The notes under the pieces: generated by a model
Told to the model about the DNA's origin: nothing
The model's database searches: none
What the model saw: only the letters and a program-made list of their open reading frames with translations
From: Eledone cirrhosa
Taxonomy: Eukaryota
Direction: 5' to 3'
Assembly (NCBI GenBank): GCA_964016885.1
Contig: OZ024746.1
Location: 25,730,001-25,794,000, forward strand
DNA: 64,000 bases
Made by a program: the position numbers and the translations under genes
Shown here: in pieces, positions 51,961 through 64,000 of the stretch
Position numbering within the stretch: the stretch's first letter is position 1
Layout of the letters: the number at the start of each line of letters is the position of its first letter

Positions 51961-52963
51961 TATTTATTATATCATTATATCATTATATATATTATATTAC
52001 TAAATCCTTATAAATTCTTGATTTTCAATATTATCTGAAAATCATAGACAGTATCTTTCATTAGAAATATGGTAACAAAAGGGTTAAGTGTTTATATTTA
52101 TCTTAAAATGTTCCCTCATAATTTCCAAATACCAGCTTAATAATGAGAATGTTAATTATATTATAAATCCCTTTGATTTTTGTGAATTTTCAAAATTATT
52201 TGAAAATATACAGTGTTTATATTTATCTACAAAACTCCCATTCTAATTTTATGTAAGAACATTTGTTAAGTTATGTTCCAGGCATTAATTAAATAATGAG
52301 AAAATTTGCTATGTTCCAAATTCTTCATTATTTTCAAAAGCATTTGAAAACCACAAGCAGTTGCTTTCATGAGAAATATGACCATGAAAGGATTAAACCA
52401 GTCACTCCATGGCTGGATACCTCCCATAGCCTGGCCTGTTTAGAATATGCTACCACTAAATTGGGGGATCTGCCATCACGACAGCATTGTGAACTGTGTT
52501 AAATCGCCAAACTTATAAAACAGTCTAGTGTTTTGGTGATACAGTCCTCTTTATTGTGTTATTATTGGCAGAATTAGTAGAGTGTTGGACAAAGTGCTTT
52601 GTGGTATATAGTTATGGCCCTGTACATTCTGGGTTCAATTCCTGCCAAGGTTAGCTTCACCTTTCATCCTTACAGAGTTGATAAAATAAAGTACCAGTAA
52701 CACACTGGGATCGATTTAATCGGTTTTCCCCCTCTCAACAAAATTGTTGGCCTTGTTCCTAAATTAGAAAACATTATTTTGGTGGGGTGGGGTTAAACTT
52801 TATATTGAATGAATCAATAAAATCTTCATTTGGAAATTTAATTGTTCAGTTATTGCTTGTTATTCGTTTTGTTTTGGCTTTGATAAACCATCAATATAGC
52901 TAGGGGGAAAATGGACGTTAAATGATGATGATGATATTGATGATAACACACACACACTCACAT

Positions 52964-53052
52964 ATATATGATGGTTGACTGGAAAGTTCATAGACTGACC
53001 AAGATATTCTCATGGAATGACCAAATGAGGTTTATTTTTCAACATAGTCCCT
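52964..53052. mobile_element. Mariner-like terminal fragment
   Basis: TAtgatggttgactggaaagttcatagactgac..ttatttttcaacatagtccc resembles a mariner TIR and subterminal region. Confidence 0.45.
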
Positions 53053-53134
53053 GGAAAGAAACAATGCAGTTATTAATAAGAAGAGTTGAAATTAATGCAT
53101 GCAAGATTTCACAGCTCTAACATCAATCACTCCT

Positions 53135-53400
53135 AGTAGTGATGGGGTGATGGTAGTGGTGGTGGTAGTGATTGTGGTGATGGTGGTGGTAATGATGGTG
53201 AGAGTGGTGTTTGTGATTATAGTGATGGTGGTGGTGATGATGATGGTAATGGTGATGATGGTGGTGATGAGTATGGTGATGTTGATAATGGTGGTGATGG
53301 TGATAGTGGTGCTAATGGTAATGGTGGTGGTGATGGTGAGGATGATGGTGGTGATGGCAATGGCAATGGTGTGATAGTGATGATAGTGGTGGTGGTGGAA
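53135..53400. repeat. (GGT/GAT)n low-complexity tract (similar at 58850-59285)
   Basis: Trinucleotide mosaic that produces spurious poly-V/M ORFs. Confidence 0.85.
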
Positions 53401-55394
53401 TGGTGTTACTTCATGAATATAGGACTAGCATTCTTCTTACTGTTGTTGCCTTGGTCACCAGATTTCACCATGAAAACATTTGGTGCAGTGATGGCCACAT
53501 CTGCAGCCATATACAGTGATGGTGGTCCCATCTGGTACGACTTATACAACACTGGTGGTCACATCTGGTGCGACATACATTGATGGTGGTCATATCTTGA
53601 GCCATTTATTTATATATTGGGGATGTGCCTGTTTGTAGCAGAAATATGAAGCAAACAGAAATTTTCACCTGATTTTGGTAAAAATTAGTAACTAATTGTT
53701 AGAATGACAATCTAATTGAGACAGTTCTCTAATTAAATATTTCCTGTTAATTCAACCAGAATGAACAATAATTAGATAATTATAAGTTGTAATTTAGTTT
53801 GTAAATTAATTAAACTGTTCAAACTGTTCCCCTTCATGTTCAATATAATTTTATAATTGATTTTAAATATAATTAGACAGAATTAAATTCATTAAGTATT
53901 TAATAGCGGCTAGTTACTAATTTTTACAAAATGTGACTGAAACTTTCATATTACAGCATCATCATCATCATTTTTTAACGTATATTTTCCATGGTTGCAT
54001 GGGTTAGATCGCTGTTATGTGCTGATATCAGACCTATCAAATAACTAGATTTTACTCATACACTTTGTTTGGGCTTGGTTTTTACAATGCCAACCACTTT
54101 ACTGTGTGTACTGGGAGCATGGTTTCTACAGCTGGATGCCCTTTCTAATGCCACCCATTTTACAGAATGTACTGGGAGCAGGGTGCCTTTCATAATGCCA
54201 ACCACTTTACATCATGTACTGGGAGCATTTCATCAAGGAACAAGTACTATCCTCTTACATGGTGGACTGGGTGCTTTACATCATGGCACCAGATGGACTA
54301 GGTGATTTACATCTTTGCACTGGTACTACCTCATTACAGCACTAAGGTGCTCAGTGTGATTATAATTTATTAGCTATTTGTGAAGGGTATTTAGCTCATG
54401 ATCTAGAGGCACTCATGGACCAGGTGGACTAGGTGGCAGTGTTCAAATTAAAGATATGAAATATATTTGATCTACAAACTAAGGAAACACTCATTAAGCT
54501 TTTGGATACAAAACCACCTAAAGTTGCCCCTGGTACAGAACTGTTGGTTTTAAAATGTTTATCATCATCATCATCATCATCATCAACGTTTAACGTCCGT
54601 GTTCCACGCTTGCATGGGTTTGGACGGGGGTATTCCCACTTGAGGCAAGAGTGATTGTCTTGCTCGCATAGGACTGTCTGGCAGGTTTTCTACAGTTGGA
54701 TGATTTAAAAACCCTCTTTGATAACTTTGATAGGTTTCAGTCAGTAATGGCCCACACCATGTCTAACTTAAAAATAAGTTATTTTACTAAATCCCTTCAA
54801 ATTCTTAATTATTTTCAGAAGGATTTGAAAATCATAGGCAGTGACTTTAATTAGAAGTATGGTAATGAAAAGTTTAAAATATATATATTTATCTAAAAAA
54901 ACCTTCGAATATAATTTCATGTAAGAACATTTGTTATGTTCCAAATACCAGCTAATAATGTAAAAGTTAGTTATATTATTACTAAATCCTTCCAAAATCT
55001 TGATTATTTTCAAAATTTATTGAACACCATAGGCAGTGTCTTTTATTAGAAATATGGTAACGAAAGGGTTAATTACGCATTGTCTCTACTGCTTAAAATG
55101 ATGAGCTGCACTTCTCTTAGTAAAGAACCATGATGCATGAGTTATCACTCAATAGCAAAAACATGCATGCACACACACACACACATGTATGTGTATGTGT
55201 GTGTCTACATACATACTGTAGAAACCATGCTCCCAGTTCACACAGTAAAGTGGTTGGCATCTAGCCATAGAAACCATGCTCCCAGTACCTTCTGTAAACT
55301 GGTTGGTGTTAGGAAGGGCATCCAGTTGTAAAAACCAAGCCAAAATAAAGTGTATGAGTAAAAACTGCATGCTTATCAGCAAAAAATCATGCAT

Positions 55395-56812
55395 GGATAT
55401 GTTGCCAGGAAGCTCCAGAGTGAGAGTAATATAGATAAAGAAAGTAGTCTATCTTGGACCAACAACCGCTATATTGGCTCCCACTTTGAAGGATACGCTT
55501 TTGCAATCCAAGAACAGGAAATCAACACGAAATACCTGATTCACAAAAGAGATAGGGATGCAGGCTAGATGCGATAACAAATGCAGACTCTGCAGAATTA
55601 ACATCGAAGATGTCATCCACATCATAAGCAGCTGTCCAAAGATGTCATCGCGGTACTATCTACCTACGAGGCATGATGTAGTGGCCAAAACACTGCACAA
55701 TGCAATCCGTAGAAAAGATAGCCCCGATAATAAACACATTAAAAGCTACAGCAATGTGGAAAACATACATATACATAATATGAAAGGGTACTGGTGGAAT
55801 GTTCCAGTAAAAACCCCAATAAAATGCAGGCATAATAGACCAGATATTATGATATAGGACAGGGAAAAGAAGCACAATAGTGGAAGTTAGCTGCCCAGCA
55901 GATGCCAATATAATATCAAAGATTAGCGAAAAGGAGAATATTTATGCAGAACTGATGAGAAATCTGCAGATACTCCATCCTGATTACACCTTCAGATTTA
56001 TGCCTGTGACTATTGGGGCACTAGGATATGTTAGTAACTGCCTCAATACAATTCTTGAGAAGCTGGGCTTCACAGGAACAGAAAGAACACAACTAGTTAG
56101 GAAATTACAAGTACAATCCATTAATGGAACAGTAAAAGTATGTAAAACATTCCAAAAATGTTGCATCTAATAACTGCATATACACATGTACAGATACTAA
56201 AAATATACACATACATACATATAACTCAAAACATTCACATCCACACATACAATAACATCCATATCTACACATGCATGCAGACATGCATACATATCTACCT
56301 AGTTGGTGTGTAAATTCCAATGAGAGAGTCTTGTGTCTATGTTAGAAACCGACTCTCTATTGGCAAAAATTTGTGAAATTATAAAACCAGAAGAACATAC
56401 ATGCATACATACATATATTGGGGCACTGGGATATGTTAGTAACTGCCTCAATACAAATCTTGAGAAGCTGGGCTTCACAGAAACAGAAAGAACACAACTA
56501 GTTAGGAAATTACAAGTACAATCCATTAATGGAACAGTAAAAATATGTAAAACATTCCAAAAATGTTATATCTAATAACTGCATATACACATGTACAGAT
56601 ACAAAGCATATATACATGCACACATACAACTCAAAACATCCACACATACAGTAACATCCATACCTGCTCACACATGCATGCAGACATACATATCTACCTA
56701 GTTGATGTGTAAATTCTAATGTGAGAGTCTTGTAACTATGTTAGAAACCGACTCTCTCTCTATTGGCAAAAAATTGTGAAATTATCAAACCAGAAGAACA
56801 TACATACATACA
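55395..56812 (+). mobile_element. R4/Dong-clade non-LTR retrotransposon 3' part with duplicated 3' end
   Basis: FAIQEQEINTK, CCHC knuckle CRLC..HIISSC, RHDVVA, RLE NRPDI..EVSCP..K..Y, VTIGALG. 56012-56396 is repeated at 56417-56799, each copy followed by (CATA)n. Confidence 0.88.
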
Positions 56813-56970
56813 TACACACAAAGAACTTGGAAAGAAAAAGGCTCAGAGTAAGCCTAGCAGACACATTAATGTACACATTGGTGCAGTCCTGGTTACCCAC
56901 TCTGTATGTAAACAGATATAACTTTATCATACACTTCAGCTGCTAACTCACTTCCTAATATATATATATA

Positions 56971-57098
56971 TTTCCTGATGATTTCTTTCGAATGAAACAG
57001 TTCTAGTCCTGTAGAAGGCACTTCGGTATTAAACATTATATATTCTACTATGTATTGAGTACCGTACTTACTGCGGTTATGCCTGATTGAACCTCACA
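56971..57098 (+). ncRNA. Type I HHR plus tail, next to (TA)n
   Basis: ttc CTGATGA t ttc tttc gaa t GAAA cag ttctagtc ctg TA gaa. GUA triplet; stem I short. Confidence 0.62.
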
Positions 57099-57161
57099 CA
57101 TACACACACACACGCGCGTGCACGCACACACACACACACAGACATATATATATATATATAT

Positions 57162-57564
57162 GCAGAAGTTATATTTAATTTGTTGGGATTCAACAAGCTT
57201 AAAAGTTTTATAACTCATATAAAGCACTCAACAGTTTACTGGAGTAAATATTCAATATATTAATAAAGGGAAACTATATTTATAAAACCATAATTATTTT
57301 ATTATATATATTTCAAGGGCAACCAAGGCAGTTTTGGTGCGCTTTCATCAGATAAAATACAAAATTTGTTTTATAAATGTTAACATACCCGCAGAAGAAC
57401 AACCTTCAACCGTCAAGGTTGTTTTTCTATGGGTATGTTAATATTTATAAAACAAATTTTGTATTTTATCTGATGAAAGCGCACCAAAACTGCCTTAGTT
57501 GCCTTTGAAATATATATAATAAATTAATTATGGTTTTATAAATATAGTTTCCATTTATTAATAT

Positions 57565-57568
<4 letters not shown>
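57162..57568. mobile_element. Fold-back palindrome (154-bp arms) of a Naiad-like pLTR with an HHR on each strand
   Basis: 57253-57406 is the reverse complement of 57415-57568. tattttat CTGATGA..GAAA tatatata ataaa at 57462-57523; tail 57162-57252; (TA)n flanks. Confidence 0.82.
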
Positions 57569-57613
<45 letters not shown>

Positions 57614-58269
57614 GTATATATATATGTGAATGTGTGTATGTATATATATATGTATGTATATATATAAGGGGTCTTCTCTCCTGGTGATTTTGGATGGCCA
57701 TTGACTCTTAAGAGCTCCTTTGCCCTTTGACAGGTTTTGTTTTTAGTCCTGCAGGATGTCCAAAGTCACCCTCCTCACCAAGAAACCTTGGTGGGGTTGC
57801 CAGTTTAGTCGCCAACGACCCGACCATGAGACAGGTTATACTGGGATACATGTTACCAGTAGCACCAACTGGTGACCTGACTTTGTCAAGGCAGAATTCT
57901 AGGAGAAGGAAAACTCTGATATAAAACCTGCAACTCTGATGGTATCCAATGATGTTGACTTGTTCTTCTTTTTGGTAAATATCATCTTGGTTAAGAGAGT
58001 GGGACTGGCTTTGTGCAGTACCTTTGCTCACTATAAAAGCTTCACGGTACAGGCATTGCTTTATATCTGGAGATCTCTCTGTACTTGTCGTCACATGGTA
58101 CCATGGGCCCAGCACTATGTGTCAATAGTTGTTACAAGTGTAGTGTTTGTACCAGAGTTTTCAAGTCGCTGGCTGGACTAAAAAGTCACACTCGTTCAGC
58201 GCATCGGTAGGGGTTCTCCTACATGGATATAAAGTAGTGGCCGTACTCGAAAACGAGTTGGCAGCCACC

Positions 58270-58344
<75 letters not shown>

Positions 58345-58382
58345 ATATTAATAAATATTAAATATTAAATATTTATTAATAT

Positions 58383-58444
<62 letters not shown>

Positions 58445-58610
58445 ATATTAATGAATATTAATCTCCGAAGAAGAGATGTTATCTCGAAAATTAAGGACAT
58501 TTAAATAAATCTAAGGTAAAAGACTAATTGTCAACAATATCTTTTGCATTTGCATTCTTTATTCTATGTCCATACCTGCATTGTTTTGGCTTTATTATAC
58601 ATATACAAAC

Positions 58611-58646
<36 letters not shown>

Positions 58647-59441
58647 TCACATATATATGCAGAGAAAGAAAGAGTGAGTGAGAGAGATATGTATGTATAA
58701 AACAGAAGGATAGCAAAATACTTTGTTACAACTATCTCTTCGTCTGATTGAAAAATATTTTTTACTGAGACATGGAATAATTAAGTGGTATTCAGTAAGA
58801 AGTTTTAAAATTATCCAGAACTAATTCTTGATCTGTCAATGTTGGATATGATGTTGTTGATGGTGCTGGTCGTGATGATGTTGATGGTGGTGGTGTTGTT
58901 GATAGTGGTGGTAGTGATGGTGTTGATGGTGTTAGTGGTGGTGATGATCGTCGTATTGGTATTGTTGTTGTGGCGGTGTTGTAGTTGTTGTTGTTAGTGG
59001 TGGTGGTGGTGTTGTTAGTGGTGGTGGTGATGATGGTCGTATTGGTGTTGTTGTTGGTATTGCTGGTGTTGGTGTTGTTGTGGCAATTGGGGGTGGTGGT
59101 GGTGGTGGTGTTGTTGTTGTTGTTATTGTGGTGGTGGTGTTGTTGATCTTGGTGGTGGTGGTGGTGTTGTTGATCTTGGTGGTGGTGGTGTAGTTGTTGG
59201 TCGTGGTGATGGCCGAGTTGGTGTTTTTGTTGCTATTGGCATTGCTGCTGTTGTTGTTGTTGTCGTTGGTATTGGTGTTGTTGTTACCGTCTATAAATGG
59301 AGTCTCAACAAACCAAATTACGAGGCTCAACATGAAAACATTATAGCGGATATTTTACTTTTTACAATATGGCTGTTTAATGAAGCTGGGAGACTAATTT
59401 ACACGTATGAGATGGTTTGTTACATGTGTGTGTGTATGTGG

Positions 59442-59472
<31 letters not shown>

Positions 59473-59476
59473 CATA

Positions 59477-59511
<35 letters not shown>

Positions 59512-59532
59512 GTTTATATATACACATATATG

Positions 59533-59631
<99 letters not shown>

Positions 59632-59929
59632 GTATATATATATATATATACACATATATACATATACATATATACATATACATGGATGTATGTGTGTGTG
59701 TGTGTGTGTGTGTATGACTGAATAATGAATACTATTCAAAGATTCCACACTATATGATAACTTATCACGGAAATTAGAAATCATTGATACTATTTACAGT
59801 TTGTTATGGTGATGATGATGATGATGACTATAATGGTGATGACGATGATGAGGATGTTAATGATGGCAATGACTATAAAGATGATAATTCTCCTCCTCCT
59901 CCTCCTCCTCCTCCTCCTCCTCGTCCTCC

Positions 59930-59976
<47 letters not shown>

Positions 59977-60129
59977 TCTGCCATCATCATCTTTCTCATC
60001 ACACCCTGATATTAAAACAATGTAGACAATGATAAAATTTAGTTTCTTGTATATCTCCTTGATGGGGGAATAAAAGAGGGTTGAAAAAGTTCAAGTAGCT
60101 AATATGTCTTTGTATTTTTAAGAACCCTA

Positions 60130-60400
60130 ACTGTCTGGATTCTAAAGTCCTACAAGAGTTTCACAATCTGATTTTCTATGACCTTTTCTGGTTTGCAATG
60201 ATACCATTTCTCAGTGGTTGCAAACCCATATTTCTTGCATAATGAAATCATGACAATCACAAAGAGCAATGGTGAGAAGGAACCTCCTTGAAATATTCCC
60301 TTTCTTATGTTGACCACACCTATGTGTTTAGTTGTTTATTTCCTGTATATAGGTGTGTCTTCCACAAGGCATGCTGTTATTCTAAAAGTGTGAAGCATAG
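60130..60400 (-). mobile_element. Heavily deleted R4-like retrotransposon remnant
   Basis: Minus strand VNIRKGIFQGGSFSPLLFVIVM (RT motif) lies under 100 nt from KWYHCKPEKVIENQIVKLL*DFRIQT (pre-RLE region). Confidence 0.6.
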
Positions 60401-62316
60401 TTATTATGCTGTGTATTATATATTAATGCGAAAACAAATGGCTTAGTGGTTAGAGTATTTGGCTGATGATCATAAGGTCATCAGTTCAATTCTCAGTCGT
60501 CTGCTGTGTCCTTGAGCAAGTCACTTTATTTCACATTGCTCCCGTTCACTCATCTGGTAAAAATGAGTTGTGGTAAAATGAGTCTGGTAAAAATGAGTTG
60601 TACTTGTGATTCAAAGGACCAGCCTTGTCACTCATAGTGTGTCATGCTGAATTTCCCAGAGAACTACATTAAAGGTACACATATGTCTATGGAATGCTTA
60701 GTGACTTGCGCGTTCACAAGCAGGCTGTCTCATTGATGAAACAACTGGAATGCTCATCGTCACAACCGACTGAGGTCCAACTTTATATTCATACTTGAAA
60801 GAGAAGTAAAATGGTTTTGTTGTTTCCAATATTCATTATCTAATGCACAGCAGTGACATCTTGTAATCAAATGTATTTATTATGTTAGAAATTCAAAATT
60901 AATACAGCAAAAACAGCCAAAAAAAATTTGACTACATTTTTGTATTGTAATTAAAACATTGAATTTCATTGGTTTGGTGTTAAATTTACAATAGAGATGT
61001 TTTCCCATTTCTTCACTTAGAAATTGGTAAGTATTGTGATAAGAAGATTTTGAAGACAAAAGTACTTTCAAAGTAAAAAAAAAAAAATAATCAAACAAAA
61101 TTAATAGCAATTGTTTATTTTATTTAAAAATATTAATTATATTTCACTTGTTAGGTTACAAGAAAACTGAAAATATTTGGTTTTTGCTGTTGATAAAAAC
61201 AACGAAGTTGTTTTGTATTGTTGTGAAATGTCAACATCGTGGTTAGTATTGCCTGTAAGACACAATGTTTATTGGAGGACAATGGGACAGCGCTGTATTA
61301 CTATCTTGATAAATAAACTACAAATGAAAATATACCATCAGGGTGCAGCTATAGCTCTGTAGTTTAACCTATTAGTATTTAAACTGGCAATTTGTGGTCT
61401 GAATTCTCTCACTTCTTTCTGTACTGATGTTAAGGTATTGTTCTCAAAATAAAAAAAATATCAAAATCTCATAGATTCGATATTATGTGAGGTATAATGT
61501 GAGGTAAAGCCTTTAACACAAAAATATAATAGTAAATATAGAGTAATGTAAATGCTAAAGGGTTAATAAGTTAGTTTTGTAACCATATGGTTTTGAGTGG
61601 TTAGATCTCACTATGTAGAACCTTGGGAAAGTCTTTTATTGTAGACTTTGACTGACCAATGAATGTCTTGTGAGTGAATTTGTTTGACCAAAACTGTGAA
61701 GAAACCCATTATATATTTATCCTGAGCTCACTTAGGAGATGATGAAGGAATGTAGAATCATGCTGAACTAGAAAAGACCCGTCTAACCCATGCAATGAGG
61801 GAAAAGCAGACATAATACAATGATGATGATCATCATAATGATATATATATATGTTAGTGGTGACTCTATCTCAATTCAAATTTTTTAAACAAAATGTAAT
61901 AAATTTTTGAATAAGGAATATTTTGAATTAAATTTTGCAGAGATACATTTTCAAATATGTAGATTACAATTATATCTTTGAAATAAAAATAAAAATGTTT
62001 GGCATTTTCGTTACTGTATATTTCTGTTCGTTAATGCTTTCATTAGTGTGTCCTAACAATTTGCATTGAAATGAAGCTAAAGATAAACTCAGAAATTTTT
62101 TAATCATGTCTTCTAGTTTCATGAATAATATTAATCAAGACTATGTTTCTGATTTTCTACAGGAACATAATGTTATTTCAACAACTAGGAAATGTGTACA
62201 AAAAATTATTTTCATTGAGATGATTGTAATTAATACATTTTCAAAATATGAACTATTAAAGAAGCTGTGAGGAAACAATGTTGGGAGAGGGGTATGACAA
62301 AACTATAGCTATTTAC

Positions 62317-62347
<31 letters not shown>

Positions 62348-63184
62348 CTTCTTCTTCCCCCCCCCCCCCACTGAGGGTAGTCAGAAGCAACCATCTCTAA
62401 TTGACATGGCTGGATCCTCAGACAATATCAACTAAGCTCCTGGATGTTATCCAACCATCTTGCTTGGGGTCTGCACCCCCCCCCCTCTGGTCTCCTGTCA
62501 GTTTAGTCTGTCCATCAATCTAAAATACGAATGGAGAGGCCTTATTAGTCTACTGTTCTAGTAATGGGCTCTCTATTATGAACAGCTTCTTCCAGTACAA
62601 ACACATCCATAAATATACATGATATTATGGGAATCAGAGGCAGAGATCAATGATTGATTTTGTTATTGTCTCTGATCTCTTCGATTTTGTGCTATTCACA
62701 TTTAACAAACAAAAATACACTGAGATATAGCTGTAATTTATTTGTGGCAGGGACTAATAATAATGACATAAGATTTCTTTCTTAGTTTTTAATACATTTC
62801 TATAGTAAAATCATTTTAAAGATTTTCTTACAGTAAAAGTAAAAGTGCATAACCTTTTAAAAGAAATAAACACTTACTTCATAAAAATATATATTCCATG
62901 TGCCTTGGTTATATAGAACAGCCGTTAAAACAGCCAAATGCTGCCAATGACTGCGATGGCCAGTGGTTGGCAGAGAGTAATCCACGAAATGGGTGACAGG
63001 TAGATGAAAAATAGAAAAGATTGAGAGAGGAACAGGACAAAGAGAGGTGTGTTAGATTGTCTCTCTCTGCCACCGGACATCAAACAATGATGATGATGAT
63101 ATGTATGTCTGTGTGTTGTTATATGAGGGGCCCACGAAACGTGAACTGACCCGAGCCGGCCAAGGTCTAGATTTGGTCCTGATC

Positions 63185-63915
63185 ACACTACATCAGAACA
63201 AACCACACCACACCACAATACACCACACTAAACCTTATCATCCTACATCAGACCATACCACAGTACATCAAACCACACCAGACCATACAACACTACTCTA
63301 CTCCAAAACACACCATACCACACCAAACTATACCAGACCACACAAGACCATGCCACACCATAGCACACCATACCACACCCCACTACACCACATCACACCA
63401 CACCACACCTTACCCTACCACATCACACCAGACCATACCACACCACACTACACCACACCACACCACACTACACCTTACCAACCTACACCAGACCACACCT
63501 TACCAGACCTTATCACACCAGCTCACACCACCCCACAACACACAACACCATACCCTACCACACCACAACATACCACATCACACTACACCACACCACACTA
63601 CACTTTACCAACCTACACCAGACCATACCTTACCAGACCTTATCACACCAGCCCATACCACCCCACAACACACAACACCATACCCTACCACACCACAACA
63701 CACCACATCACACTACACCACACCACACTACACCTTACCAACCTACACCAGATCATACCTTACCAGACCTTATCACACCAGCCCACACCACCCCACAACA
63801 CCATACCCTAACACACCACAACACACCACATCACACTACACCACACCACACTACACCTTACCAGACCTTATCACACCAGCCCACACCAATACCTTCCTAC
63901 ACTATACCATACAAT
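63185..63915. repeat. Pentameric (CACAC/CACCA) satellite with higher-order units
   Basis: Repeated accttaccagaccttatcacaccagc blocks within 5-mer periodicity. Confidence 0.88.
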
Positions 63916-64000
63916 ATTTCATTAGAATTCAAATCAGGAGTAAATACCAAAACCAGATGCTATTAACAGCTGCTAATTGCAAATTGATGTTTTCCTTAGC

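Noticed and set aside
53371-53600. Short ORF with a signal-peptide-like start
   Set aside because: Built from a triplet tract and ~32-bp local repeats; no splice partners or recognisable homology.
57668-58270. GC-richer block possibly coding or an RNA gene
   Set aside because: No recognisable protein or RNA family. It may be a retroelement 5' UTR, but this cannot be supported by eye.
59377-60032. IYIY, poly-H and poly-D ORFs
   Set aside because: Microsatellite translations; the same applies to similar ORFs elsewhere in the window.
62878-63000. Possible minus-strand exon with a GTAAGT donor at 62877
   Set aside because: One frame is open but the peptide is unrecognised, the acceptor is ambiguous, and no partner exons were found.
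63101-63811. 236-aa His/Thr/Pro-rich ORF
   Set aside because: Translation of a pentameric satellite.

Overview
AT-rich, repeat-dense animal genomic DNA. The SINE repertoire and (TA)n/(CAT)n load suggest a cephalopod such as an octopus (inference). Three spliced genes can be assembled by eye with consistent GT-AG phases: NDUFAF7 (+, 9 coding exons seen, 1999-26029, first exon not seen), ANKRD49 (-, 3 coding exons, 31290-26936) and PIGA (+, 12 coding exons, 31906-45694). ANKRD49 and PIGA are head-to-head with only about 0.6 kb between start codons. Introns and the 3' third hold decayed retroelements (Penelope-like incl. a Naiad-type copy, CRE, RTE with a PHD finger, CR1, R4/Dong), tRNA-derived SINEs, MITEs and minisatellites. 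The most striking signal is a dense set of short non-coding elements, mostly inside (TA)n tracts, that carry type I hammerhead ribozyme (HHR) motifs. Several are long fold-back palindromes with a one-sided tail, several share a GAGTRC tail motif, and some have variant cores (CAGAAGA; U.U at the base of stem II). Sequence links tie them to the Penelope-like RT fragments. The basic architecture matches known Penelope pLTR/retrozyme biology; the variants, tail motif and stem-II fold-back pattern may be undescribed. All folds and alignments were done by eye.
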